Below, one piece after another: positions 24,172 to 36,771 of a stretch of DNA of 64,000 nucleotides. How positions within the stretch are numbered: position 1 is the stretch's first letter; the number at the start of each line of letters is the position of its first letter. A program made the position numbers and the translations under genes. This DNA is from Mytilus edulis (lineage: Eukaryota), in assembly GCF_963676685.1 (NCBI RefSeq), contig NC_092354.1, positions 35,774,001 to 35,838,000 on the forward strand, given 5' to 3'. Below the pieces are notes generated by a model. That model was given only the letters and a program-made list of their open reading frames with translations. It had not been told where the DNA came from and searched no databases.

Positions 24172-25314
24172 TTAGCTAGACTTTATTTCAATACCCATTC
24201 GTTTAGCTGCGGAAGCACGTAACATATTGCCGGTCGCACCACTATCAATAGTTAAACGCGTGTTATAATGTGTATGGAACACGTCAAGATACGGATACTG
24301 GCGGACTTGGACTCGGTTTACTGAATGCATAGGTTTAGAAACATTGTCGACTTCTACGTCTGACAATTCGTCATCTGAATTATCTAATATTCCGGCAATT
24401 TGTCGGGCTTTAACCATGTATTTTCGGTCGCTGTTCGGTAAGAAAGAGCACTTGCTGAGGAAGTGGCGGTCGGGTCTGCCTGTTGCTTTACACAACGGAC
24501 AACTTTTAATAGAGCGTGGATAAGATAATTTGAGTTTTTCTTCATGAACAAACTTGGATTTTGCAGGAAAGTTAGAAGTAGCTGCTCGCATAACTTTTGC
24601 ATCCTCAGAATTACGGAGTTCCTCAAGTAATGAGTCAAGCGCTTGCGAAACTTCCGGTTTTATTGACGACAATGTTCGCGATCTCAATTCTGTTCCATAT
24701 CTTTGTTTGACCAATTTCGGTAGGTCTGTATGTATTAGTCTTAACCATGTTAGAACGACAAAGTTTTCAAGTGACGGTGTCATTTCTTCATCTTCCTCGA
24801 TTGCGCCCCCGTGATGCGTTATTTGGGTATCGCGACGGAGCAGGTTGTCTTCCACAAAAGCCATTATTCGTTGATAAAGGTCTTCTGGACGTTCGTTCGG
24901 TTCAAAATGTATTGCTGCAAAGTCTATAAAATGAGCACCCGTTGATTGGAATCCATAATGTAAACGGATGGTTTGCCATATATTTTCAATAGAAGTAGAA
25001 TTTTTTACTATTGTGTTTCTAGATATAACTGGGCAATAATTGGCTATTTGACCAAGCATTAATTCTAACATGCTGACTTTTTGTTCACGTGTACGCCTAT
25101 TTGCTTCGGCTACATCTTCACCATCATTCAAAAAGCCACGGTTGGGACCAAACCTAGTTTTCTTTTGCCATTGTACGTTGTCTCCTAAGAATGGTGCAAA
25201 ATGTGGGTCTAATGATAACGTGTATATTATGTTTTGTCTCCAGTTTTCAAATGAGTTTACAGTTTCAATTTTAGTAAGACACCACTGTTTAGGTGCTCTG
25301 TGAGTATTAGCCAT
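24172..25314 (-). CDS. gag: Gag plus protease N-terminal part (DSG active site)
   Basis: 380 aa; CPLC...H...C knuckle and TIDSGATG. Ends at an in-frame TAA inside the protease. Confidence 0.9.
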   Translation of the reverse strand: MANTHRAPKQWCLTKIETVNSFENWRQNIIYTLSLDPHFAPFLGDNVQWQKKTRFGPNRGFLNDGEDVAEANRRTREQKVSMLELMLGQIANYCPVISRNTIVKNSTSIENIWQTIRLHYGFQSTGAHFIDFAAIHFEPNERPEDLYQRIMAFVEDNLLRRDTQITHHGGAIEEDEEMTPSLENFVVLTWLRLIHTDLPKLVKQRYGTELRSRTLSSIKPEVSQALDSLLEELRNSEDAKVMRAATSNFPAKSKFVHEEKLKLSYPRSIKSCPLCKATGRPDRHFLSKCSFLPNSDRKYMVKARQIAGILDNSDDELSDVEVDNVSKPMHSVNRVQVRQYPYLDVFHTHYNTRLTIDSGATGNMLRASAAKRMGIEIKSS

Positions 25315-25467
25315 TGTGTTAAATGCTTTTGCTTATTTATAATGCAGTTTAAGTTTCACGGTAAATATTTATTTACGGATGACCTAGACAGGTTTTAGTC
25401 AGTCCCGATGTTCGTCTCAACAATATGATGAATAATAAACCTTTCTTGTAGGCGTAAATTCGAATCA

Positions 25468-25478
25468 CGCTGCCACCA
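25468..25478 (-). other. Primer-binding site complementary to the tRNA-Leu 3' end
   Basis: Minus strand TGGTGGCAGCG abuts the 5' LTR. Gapped similarity extends to TTCGAATC (tRNA T-loop). Confidence 0.8.
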
Positions 25479-25664
25479 CGCCAGTTAAGATGAAACTACA
25501 CCAGGGCATTAAGTCATTACTTAACTGCAATTGAATGTTACTTGTTTAATACAGCTTTAGACTAACACATGTATACAATGATGTTTAGTTTACAATGGAG
25601 AGCGAAGAGAGAGAGCGAGCTAAAACATAGTTAACAGTTCCGGACAATAGAGCCTATTATGGCG
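25479..25664 (-). repeat. 5' LTR (186 bp)
   Basis: Direct repeat of 19982-20169. Confidence 0.95.
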
Positions 25665-26264
25665 CACTTTTAATGGCTGTATTGTCAGGTTAAAAAGGAA
25701 TTCATGGATAAATAACCGCTGCATTGGTGTTACATAATTGTGCAGACATATAATTAAAACAATGACAAAGAAATGACTTGTTTAATGAATAGGGTTAATA
25801 AACTGATGCACATCAACTGTTGAGTTGTTGAATGTTAAATCCGTGTCTTGTGTCCGGAATTTCTGGTTTATATGTATCGATCATACACAATCTGGTATAT
25901 TTCATGTGAAGTTGAGTCACAGGCATGTGTTCAGTTTTCCCTGACAGTTTTTTAAAGCTGCACTGGCATAATTACATACAAATAAAACATAACAGATAGC
26001 AAATATTGACAGTTCCTGTACATCAGAGTTAGTTTTTGGATATAAAGATAACACGATTATGTAACTACTTAATATTGACTACTTATGCATGTGGAAATTT
26101 TTGGGTTTTATCAGTCAACGTCAAATTTACAATTGAATATCCCACAGTCACACGTAAAAATACATCAAATATTTAATAGTATTCAGTCATAGAATCCGAG
26201 CAAGAAAAAGAACATGAAATTTTTAAGTTGAAACCTTCATCCGGTACTATCTAAACAAAAATTA

Positions 26265-26710
26265 AAAAAACAAGTGAAACTGCGAGCTACTGCTCACTGA
26301 TGATACCCCCGCCGCAAGTGGATAATATAAAAAGTGTAAAAATATGTAAGTGTTCTGTAAACAGGAAGTTGTTGAGTGATGAATCTGAAAACGCATCACA
26401 CGGTATAGCTGATAATATAAATCCTGAAACCAAATTTCAGAAATCCTTGTATTGTATTTCCTGAGAAAAATGTGACGAAAATTTTCAACTTGGCTATCAT
26501 GTGTAAAATCATACAAGTGTTTGGTAAACAGGAAGTTGTCAAGTGATCAATCTGAAAACGCATCACACAGTATAGCTGACTTAGATAAACCCTGAAACCA
26601 AATTTCAGAAATCCTTGTATTGTAGTTCCTGAGAAAAATATTCATGGGACGAACGGACTGACGGAGGTAAAACAGTATACCCCCCTTTTTTTTAAACGGG
26701 GGTATAAAAA
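26265..26710 (-). mobile_element. Non-autonomous Helentron, third family
   Basis: GTATACCCCC...CGGGGGTATAAAAA terminal hairpin, GACG microsatellite, two internal tandem units and a GATACCCCCG subTIR. Confidence 0.65.
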
Positions 26711-27208
26711 TATATATCATCATTACACTAACACCTCTATAACATTCTTGCTTGGAATGGATTCTTTTTATATATTTTTTAATTTAGAAACATCAATTGG
26801 GTGGACATCATGCAAAATTTGACCATACGACAACAATACAAACAACCAATTTTCAGTTGAAGCAAGTTAATACATCATTTCAAAAGAATTTCTTTTTTCC
26901 AATTCAAGATCACAGGAGAAATTAAATTTTCCTTTTATTCCAAGCAGACATAAACCTTATATGTTTACCTCTATAATTACGTGGAGTTTACAAACATTAG
27001 TGGGGCAGCGGTGGCTAAGAAAATAAAAACAAATATATACACAGCTGACAAGACAGGATTCCCAGTCTAGCTCAGTATATTGTGTTTAATAGAAGACATA
27101 ATCTCTAAATCGCATAGGAGAAAGTCGCCTATGCTTTAGGGAACCAGTTACTTCTTTACCTTATTTTATTAGTCGTGATAATCTCTGAATTGATTGGTAT
27201 AAAATAGA

Positions 27209-27970
27209 TTATTTAGATAATGAAACTTTACAACTATGTTTTCTTGTATCTGAAGAAAGATGGAAGACATTGCCATTAACATGTATAATGTTCTTCTTAA
27301 AATCCATTTGAGCCCCAAATTTATCTAGTAAATCAACCCCTAATTTCCCCGACTGTGGAATATCAGCAACAACAACTTGCTGAGTAAAAAACATGTACAC
27401 CGACTTTAATATCAACAGAAGTGGTACCAAGTGAAGTGATTATTTCTCCACTTACAGTTTTAAACTGCAAGTTATTTTCGGACAAAGGATATAAAACAGG
27501 GTTTCCTATTGTAATCCATTTCTAAATTTAATTAAGAGATAGTAGAACCAGTATCAACCAAAAATCTTATATTTTCTTTTTCTATCTTGGTATTCAAATA
27601 TGAGGCAGCAAGCTGACTAATGTTCAGGGTGTGTTCATCAGGCAGACGGTGGCCCCACCATCTACCCATACCTGTTTTAATACCCATTTGAACAATTTCT
27701 CTTAAAATGGTTCAAGTCCCAACAATTCCAACATCTTCTCTTAGAAAAAATATCTCAAAAGGTTGTTACATTGCCTTGGGACTGACCTGTAAATCCAGTA
27801 TTTTGGTTAGGATAATTAAAATAATCTTTATTTTGGTTTTGACCATTGAATTGGCCAGGAGAATTATATCTCCCTCTGGGCACCTCTTCCATAATTTCCT
27901 CTCCCTCTTCCTTTATATCTGTTACCATATCCACCCCTTTTTCCTAAGTTCGGAGTATTCCCCGCGGGTA
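27209..27970 (-). pseudogene. Decayed Gypsy gag zinc knuckle plus aspartic protease
   Basis: CWNCWDLNHFKRNC (CX2CX4HX4C), FLVDTGSTIS and VVADI..GKLGVDLL. Confidence 0.8.
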
Positions 27971-28025
27971 TCTGAATTGGCGCGACGATGTATATTCAGA
28001 AGACAGTATTGCCGATTACGACAGT

Positions 28026-28620
28026 ATGGAACAAGACAAAACATGTGACGAGACGAATGAACAAGGTTCAGAATCATTCGAGAACATCACTGATTATGAT
28101 GAAAAAAGACTCACTGAAAATCTAAAAGACATTGAGGAATTTTGTGAAATAAGTTCTATATGATACCTTCGCCTCATCGCTTGAATATGCAACCAGTATT
28201 AATGAACAAAATGAGGTCTGGTGTGAATCAAAATGGTCAATTGACTGTCATTTTGAAAGTGTTTGGACCAATGAATTCGGTGCATTAAAAATATTAGCAT
28301 GTTTTCACAGACACATTTGACCGTTTTTGCCTGTAAAGATATTACGGATACTATAAAATCTATATTCCATGGTGCTGAACATTCCCACATTTTAAACTAT
28401 AAGTATCTGATGTCTTTTGTGCAGAAATACCTGATTAAAGAAGTTTAAGAAGTTTCCTACCGTGAATCTTGCTTTGAAGTATTCCCGGATAACTTAGAAC
28501 TTGTTAGATGAAGTACCGAGAATTGCACAGGGTGTCGTTTTAATCGAGATGGTCAACCAAGAAGATGTTTTATTTTTGCTGATATAAAGAACCAACTGAA
28601 AGATCTGTTGCAGTCCCCAG
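28026..28620 (+). pseudogene. Possible EnSpm/CMC-type transposase N-terminal exon remnant
   Basis: SCFEVFPD...ENCTGCRFNRDGQPRRCFIFADIKNQLKDLLQSPG ending at a GTAAT donor; stops and frameshifts upstream. Confidence 0.35.
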
Positions 28621-29809
28621 GTAATATCTCAAATATTTATAAACTCCTCCACATACATGCCATCGTGTTCAATCTAAGGTGCGCCATTCCAACCATTTTT
28701 GTCATCCTGGCACAATATATATTGTCATCTTGGTCGAATCTGGTGCACTGAATAATTTTACAAATGTTTAAATCGAGGTAAAACACTCTTTTTTTCCAAC
28801 TTTAAATATTTTATTTCACTACTGGTTGTGAACAATGTCCCTTAGCGCTACAACAAGGACTTAATTAGCAAAATATATGTTATATTTATATCTTGTTTTA
28901 GTTGCATTTTACAAAGTATTCATACGAGCACACAATACATATATATTTTTTTAGTCATCTATATTCATGTATTTAAACAATCTTATACGAAAGTACATTT
29001 AATAAAAAGAAGAAAACCAGATAACCAGATTTTTGCCCGTCATTTGTTTTAATTATACAAAGGTAGTTTAACCGAAAGTAGAATGATCAAGCATGGGTGA
29101 CCTCTTGGCTTGACAAAAAAAAATCATGAAATGGTGAGTAGTTTATTACAGTTGTCCAGTCGCTTATCAAATGTTTAAAATTTTAAACTTATAATAATCG
29201 AATATTTCAGGTAAGTAAGAATGAAGTATATTGCCCCCTGATCTTGATTGAATTCTAAATTACTAATTGATTGATTTTTTTGTTATTTAAACACTTTAGT
29301 ATTTATATAAGGTACAATTCTCATAAAATAGAAATATAATCAAAGTTTTGATATTTTTCAATGAAATTTTCTCAAAAAAAGGCGATCTGGATGATATAAC
29401 ATTTGTGTTTCAGTTTCATTTTTTAGAACTGACGACATGTTCAAAAATTTATTTCTCTTTTCTGATAAATAAAAACATTCATAAATCACAAAAAAAATCA
29501 TTGTTATGACATCGTTAAGTGTATAATATTCAATATCTTCAATTGTATATTCAAGTAAAAGATTTTTAAGACAGAAGACATGTTGGTCTATGTTAAAATA
29601 CATAAATATGTCATGGATTATTGACCAATAATTTATTACCCATTTACATTCAAAGAAAAAATGACTATAGTTATCACATTTGGAACAAATTTGGATTATC
29701 AGATATTTTCCAACGATGCCAATTATGATTAATTGCTGTAGTATTATGCAGTAATTTCCATCTAAACATTTTCATTCTATTATTTTTTTTAAAATAGAAT
29801 GTAAAAGTA

Positions 29810-30125
29810 AGAGTAAAGAAGCAGATGTGAACACATGTGATTCTGAAGTCGCAGTTAAGACCACTCATCAAAGTAAAGAAGCAGATGTGAACACATGTGA
29901 TGCTAAAGTAGCAGTTAAGACCACTCATAAAAGTAAAGAAGCAGATGTGAACACATGTGATGCTGAAGTAGCAGTTAAGAACATTCATAAGAGTAAAGAA
30001 GCAGATGTGAACACACGTGATGCTGAAGTAGAAGTTTAAGAACATTCGTAAGAGAAAAGAAGCAGATGTGAACACATGTGATGCTGAAGTAACAGTCAAG
30101 AACAATAAGAAGAGTAAGGAAGCAG
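29810..30125 (+). repeat. 60-bp tandem repeat encoding a 20-aa unit (SKEADVNTCDAEVAVKTTHK), about 5 copies
   Basis: Period 60. Preceded by a poly-T...ATAG acceptor; a 1-bp insertion near 30035 breaks the frame. Confidence 0.85.
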
Positions 30126-31895
30126 TAATAAAGTACAGACTAAAGCTCCTGAAGTGACTGTAGTGAGTTGTCCCCTTTTTGGAACTCTTCAGTTATAAGA
30201 GAGAAAAGATCTACACAAATGTCAACAACTAAATCATTTTTTTAATTACCCATTAGTAGTGAAGGTACTTTCTTTAGGAAATTTGCATCCATCAATTGTA
30301 ATCCGACAATACCATTAAATTTGAACAGTTTCAATCAACAGACTAAAATACAACTTTTTGTAGACCTAGGGCTTATACATTGTGACTCCAATCCTCATGA
30401 TGATATTGGTAAAACTGTTGTGAACCTTCTGCTGTTTTCTGCTCTATGATTCCATTCGCAATTTTATATTCAGTTTGATTTACATATATATTTCTTATTA
30501 TTCAGATAAACACGATAACGTTAATCAACTGTTAATACGTTCCATGTTTTTTTATGTGTTGTGTTGTTTGTGTTAAACTTTAACGGATTTTTACGCCGAT
30601 AAACAATAATTCTAGTGTATATGTATAACGAGATTTACATTTACGAGATTATTAGTGATAGGCAGACATCAATGAATATGTTAGTCATGTAGTGGTAAGT
30701 TATACTGTTAAAGAAATATCACATGACTAACTTATTAAAATAAAGTTAAGCACACAGAGACAAGAAATGTAAAGCCCTCATTGTTACAATATGTGGCAAT
30801 AGGTCTTAAAAGAATAATATTCGATGTGTTTACTTCCATTAGGACACAATTGTGATGAATGGAATGATAGTGTTGTGAGCATATGCATAGTTAACCCTTA
30901 AAATGTGCATCATTTTAAATTTGATTTATTCTCTATTAAATATTAATGTAACAAAACCTCTTATAAAAAAATGAATATGATTTGTATTTTGAAAGGGTTG
31001 ATCAGTTTTCTAGTTTTGAAGTATGTATATATTAGACATATGTGAAATATTATGGGTTTTTTGATATATTCACCAAGTTGTATTCAGTTGTAAAAGTAAT
31101 CTTTGGAAAAATGGAATGTATATTCTGAAGAGTAAGAAATGACTGCAACCACCTAAAGTTTTTGAATAACCTTTTGTAAAAAATAAAAACATTTTGACTT
31201 ACCAGAATTTCTAGACAAAATACACTACAAATTACAGGACTGCAACTAAACATATGAGTATGAGTTAAGATGTTATTCTTATAAAAAAAATCCATTCAAA
31301 CTAGAGGGTGCCATGCAAGAACAAATTTGTAAAGATATAGAAAATTCTTTACTTAATGATGAAAACAACAGACTTAAAAGCAGTGTATAAAGAAACAGAC
31401 TGTCCTACTAGTGGCCACAGACTGCTACCAGATGTTTTTAGAGGAACCAATCGCCTGTACACTGATATCAGGATACAGATGTATACATTGTTCATGTAAG
31501 ACATTTACATCACTGGTAAGTATTAAGATCAATTGAATAAATAAATTATGACTGGGTTGCACAAACATCAGTTTGAATTGAACAACATTTGATATTCAGA
31601 ATAACTTGAATTTATATGATTTATTGACAATTCAATGTACTATTTAAGCATTATTTACCAACATGAACTGAGTGGATGTACATTTACTTTAGATTTTAGA
31701 AGGAAGCATACATTGTTATTGACAGAGACATTCTGTTGATTCCTTACAAAGATAATTGTTTCTGTCTAGAGTAACAGTACAGGCAGGAGTGTGGATAGAA
31801 GCATGAATAAATAACACCAATTTATCAAATTAGAGAAACTCTAAAGAAGGACCTAGATGAATGACATATGTATATGTGTATTATATCATTTGCAG

Positions 31896-32037
31896 GTTAT
31901 AAGAAGCTTTGCTCCAACAGAACATGTGAAGCTGACATACCATATGATGGCAGAGATGATTGCATTATGAACATTGGATCTATTTAAGTTCACTATGATG
32001 TTTCGAGAGACCTCATGTTCCTGTATCTGTACTCAAG
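31896..32037 (+). pseudogene. KDZ-superfamily (CxC-domain) transposase exon remnant
   Basis: Bounded by TTGCAG and GTATG. YKKLCSNRTCEADIPYDGRDDCIMNIGSI*VHYDVSRDLMFLYL resembles the C..C..YDG...N pattern of KDZ/HMGXB3-like proteins. Confidence 0.4.
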
Positions 32038-33766
32038 GTATGATATTCATTGGATAGCATGAATGCTGAAATGATCAGTTATGGATGTTTAAAGTTCATA
32101 AGTGTATGAATCATTTATGAACGGCAAGTAATAAGAACAAAGAATACAACGATTGACCAAAAGGTATGACCCTGAGTCAATGATTAAAGTCTACAGATTG
32201 CTTAAAAGCAATTGTATCCCAAAAAACTTTGGTGTATTGGATTCCCCTGCATGTAGTTAATATCAATTTGTGCTCTACAACTTCGTAAATGAGCTGGTCA
32301 CAGTTTTATATTGAAGCAGTTCGTTAAAAAGAGCAATATTTCGTATAAGATGAAGTAAAGAGTATGCCTTGTATGTATAAAGAATATTGGCTTTGATATT
32401 TTAAGAAATTAAAAACTAAGTTTTACATGTTGTTTATATCTCTTACACCAAATTTAACAGTGGATTTTTGGAAAAACAGTTTTTGATGATAAAAAACAAA
32501 TAATTCAAAATAAAGTCCTTTGCTTTTTCAAGTGATCTTATAATCATCCACATCACAGGATAAATCCATAAACATATACAAATTGAAGAGACCAATCCAC
32601 AAATTATGTTAACTAACTGATGATTGAAATTACATCCCTCTATTGAAACAATGAACGTCTGATTTGGCTTTAATAAACAATTTCTCAGACCAAAACACTG
32701 CAACTGTAGTATGCTGCTGGTCGAAATTCATCAATCGATTGAGCTAAAAAAAAAAACATCCGTGTTACACACTGAAACGCCTCAAATATAAGAGAACTAC
32801 GACACAACAGAACCACAACACTTACATTTGACACATACAGAAAAAGATATCAACTTTCTTGTTTTACCTGTACCTTGTCTTTTATTTAAAACCTCTAATG
32901 CACACGGTATGTGACACTGTCTCATAATCCTGTCAGCCATAGTAAACAATGCGTCTGATGTTCAAGTGGTAAGAAGCGCCGACTCAGAAAACACTTACAC
33001 AGATTACCTAGATTAAGAATGGATTGGGGAAAGAACCAGCCTTAGAAGGTTTTAATTTTTTTTTATAAAGACAGATTTGAGATTATATGTATTACAATCA
33101 AGAAAAGAATTCTTCCAAAAACTCCAGGTTAAAAAAACACGATGGCGTTGGAATTTATATAGGACACAATCAGCAGTGCTAACATGCCTGTACCAAGTCA
33201 GAAATATGACGGTTCTTGTCCATTCGATTTTGATGCGTTTTGTTATTTGATTTTGCCATGTGATTATGGACTTTCCGAATTGATTTTGCTGTTAGTTCAT
33301 TACTTTTGTGATTTTACTTTTGACTCGTTGGACATGGAATGTTTTACGAACGTAAAATGATTAAAGAAACCCCGGCAGTAGTGAAAGCAATGAAGACACG
33401 AACTCCGAAATTAAAAGAGAATTATATAAACTGTTTACACAGATGACCCTGTTAGTGATTACTACCTATTTAAAGTTATGGATTTTCCTCATGTTCTTGG
33501 TGTCGACACAATAAATTTATGGGGCTCCATATTGCCAACTGAGACAAGTGTTATCAGTGGATTGCATTATGATAATAAAACTTCATCACCCCTATTTTGT
33601 AAACTTGTATCGAAAAAGGGCAATTGTTCCAACAGAATCGATAGTTTATTATGTTCCGAAATTGACGCATCTAGAAATAGTCATGGCTCTCAGTTTTAAG
33701 TGTATTTTTCTCAAAATTAGTATCGCAGCTAAAATATGTTAACAAAAAACACTACATCCACAGACC

Positions 33767-34640
33767 ATGAAAGATTCAGAGATGTGACAGACGCTGAATG
33801 AGAATAATTAATAAAGGAACAAAAAAGCAAAAATACATCTCACCACCTTTCAATCATATTTGAAAACTAAACATAATGATACAAAAAAAAAATTGATGAA
33901 ATCCCTCCGCATGAATTGGACCGCTTTTTATGTTACTTTTTTATGAGTGCCACAAAAGAAAGACAAACCAATAGCACAATGGAGCACGAACCAACATCGT
34001 TGAAATCCATCCAACAAAGTACCAGTCGGTATCTTAAAGACAGCAAATACCAATGCAAAATCATGACGGATGATGAATTTAAAAAAAACACCACATTTTT
34101 TGAGTGCAAAATTTAAAAAACAAAAAGTCTCTTGGATTTTGAAATAAACCAAATGCTGCTGGCCCATTAACAGATGATGACGCAAATAAGTTCTTCTCTC
34201 AAAATGTAATAGGTGCAACAACTCCGCGCTCTCTAATGACTACAGTATATATAACAAACAACTACCACTTTGGTATACGGGGGGTAACAGAACATTACAA
34301 AAACTCTTGATGTCCAGTATTTGCATTCAAACTTTTTTTTTTTTTATCAGAAACAATGGAAAAAGATGATTCCCAATTTTACAAACAATCAACAACATTT
34401 CAAGGTAATAAGTATGGCTAAAAATTAATGTGGTATAAAGGTCAAAGGCTCGGTACAAAATCAATTCAAAACATGATAAAAAGTATGGCAACTGAAGCAC
34501 TGCCTAATAATAACAAGAGGCTCACGGGTCACAGTGCAAGGAAAGGGTCGATAAAAAAAAAAAAAGATGCAAGAGTTCAGAACATCAAAATGTGAAGTCT
34601 CTCCTCATATTAAAAAAGTAGCTTAGAGCAGCAGAAAAGA
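33767..34640 (+). pseudogene. Crypton-type tyrosine recombinase remnant (DUF3504/ZMYM-like)
   Basis: LDRFLCYFF, EPTSLKSIQ..RYL, NKPNAAGPLT, HFGIRG and KRLTGHSARK (catalytic HxxR), with many indels. Confidence 0.8.
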
Positions 34641-35129
34641 CTTCTTTAGTGTTATCAAATTCATCCGCATTTGTGTTCCCACACATTTCGTCCCACTGCC
34701 TCTACTTGAACCTCCGCGATCTCCTCTCCGCATTGTCGTAGATGAAATCGATCGTATATATTCTCGTTTGGTTATAGTCTTGCAATATCGGAAGTACATG
34801 TGTTGACAATGTGACGTTAGACTTCGTTTTTTCTCCGGAAATTGCCGATCGATAAAATCGCCTTAGGTGTGAATACTAATACAAAATTCACCTGTGTGGA
34901 TATCTTTTTTAATATGCTGAATTTTGAAATCATGTTTTTGCAATCGATTACGAAATTTATTTGAAAGAGATAAAATCATAAAAAAACTATTTCAACATTT
35001 AGACAGATATGGCACTTTAATTACATCTTTGTTATATTGGCGTAATTATTGATTTTCTTGATAAGCCTGTAGATAAATGATTGTCGTTGCGATTGGTTCA
35101 TGTCTGTTGTATTTGTTTTACGTAAACCT

Positions 35130-35390
35130 TTTTTTTATTGCACCCGCCGTAGCGCAAGGAGCATTTGTTCAACCCTTGTCCGTCCGTACGTCCTGTCATA
35201 CGCAAGTACGTACCAAAATTGTTTTCCATATCTAACTTTTGTTGGACTCGATCAAATGTTAGGAAACGTATACATAATGCTTCTTACCACAAAACACAAA
35301 TCGAGTTTAAATTTTGAAAGCGTCACTTTTACCGTTCGAGAGGTATTAACCTTTACAAATGGAAATATCGCTAATTTTTCGTTTCAATAA
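35130..35390 (+). mobile_element. Helentron-like 5' fragment
   Basis: T-run start, short hairpin and GTCC/GTAC microsatellite. Confidence 0.4.
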
Positions 35391-35502
35391 GAAAGAAAAC
35401 AATATTGTAACGTGTAAACCTGAGTGATCAAAAGGTTAAGTACCGAAATAAACAAATTCCAAGTTTCCAAAGTATATCCCGAAAAATCAATCAGAATCGT
35501 TA

Positions 35503-35679
35503 CTGTAAACCAACTTATATTCGCGGTTACTTTATTTCGCGTTTTACCCTTTATTGACCACCTCGCGGCTATTAAATTTCGCGATTATCTGGTTTACTTG
35601 ATGAAGTTTTTTTTAAGGAAAATCAAAGATTGACATATTCGCGCTATTTTTCTACTCGCGAAATTAAGTTGGTTTACAG
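35503..35679. mobile_element. Tc1/mariner-type MITE
   Basis: TIRs CTGTAAACCAACTTA / TAAGTTGGTTTACAG flanked by TA on both sides. Confidence 0.8.
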
Positions 35680-36349
35680 TATTTGCTAGTCACCCCATTA
35701 TTTAACAATGATAACCAAAACACATATGTATAACTATGACACAAGAAACACTTGCAAGCGCACTATAAAACAGTTGATTTATACCACAGCCAGGTAGAAT
35801 TTAGTTAAAACACACACTTTTGAAATATATCTTTGTACAGCACAATGAAAGAAATACAATTGAAATGGCACCGTCAATCTGCACAGTACAATGGAACAAA
35901 ACAAGCCAATGCCACTACCAATTTGCACTATCTGTCAAATTGATCACTATGTAGCAAAATGAAATACATTCTATAATTATTTTAATACGACAATAACAGA
36001 ATACACCAACATTGCGAAATGAATTAATAATACTATACACTATTCAAATCAATTAACCCAACTTTACTAAATAAAGAAGCAAATTCAACACTTTATATTT
36101 TCACTGCCAAATAGCTATCACTATTTATTCCCTGGATATTTTATTCGCTGTAAAATATTTTCTTTTATTTAGTTAACTTTCCTTTACATATTCGATAATT
36201 TCCTCTCTACACTGGTTTGCTTTCTTCTTATTAGAACTACATATTATTCCATTTCGTTTCCATGCTTTCATCGTTGTTGGTGTTGCTTTTCAACAATATG
36301 TTTCTGCAAACTTTTCAGCAAGACTTGGTATTAAAATGACATCTATATA

Positions 36350-36735
36350 CAAAAAGACAATTTACCAATAAAGAATTTTGAAATCTACAAGTTACATATT
36401 GACAATTATCAAATGAAGAATGTTGAGTTTTGAAACAAATATACAAGTTACAAATCGACCATTTACGAATGAAGCATTATGAAATTGCACAGTTACAAAC
36501 ACACTGATAATTTACCGATTAAGAATGTTGAAACTACAAAGGTGCAAGTTACAAATTGACAATTTACGAATAAAGCATTATGAATTACACAGTAACAAGT
36601 AACAAATTGACAATTTACGAATAAAGCATTATGAATTACACAGTAACAAGTAACAAATTAACAATTTACGAATTGACAATTTAGAAATTACACTGTTACA
36701 AGTAACGAATTGACAAGTTACGAATTAAGAATTTT
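36350..36735 (+). repeat. Degenerate minisatellite (CAAGTTACAAATTGACAATTTACGAAT core)
   Basis: Core motif recurs about 8 times at 40-55 bp spacing. Confidence 0.7.
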
Positions 36736-36771
36736 GACCCCGTTGAAAAGGCTACCCAAAATAATGACAAT

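Larger units (their letters stand above)
19982..25664 (-). mobile_element. Full-length Gypsy-type LTR retrotransposon, Troyka-like (CG...CG termini, 3-bp TSD CAC)
   Basis: Two LTRs, PBS, PPT, gag-PR-RT-RH-IN order, and CAC at both 19979-19981 and 25665-25667. Confidence 0.95.

Noticed and set aside
24166-24174. Programmed gag-pol stop-codon readthrough as the primary explanation
   Set aside because: The stop lies inside the protease domain after the DSG motif, the context is not a perfect CARYYA, and other lesions exist. Kept only as a secondary hypothesis.
21218-25303. Short + strand ORFs overlapping gag-pol (and likewise 48098-53243 over the LINE)
   Set aside because: Antisense shadows of long coding frames with no motifs.
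19982-25664. Identification as Steamer (bivalve transmissible neoplasia element)
   Set aside because: Short LTRs and a Leu PBS are similar, but CG...CG termini, the 3-bp TSD and the ADDL RT motif do not fit a canonical TG...CA element.
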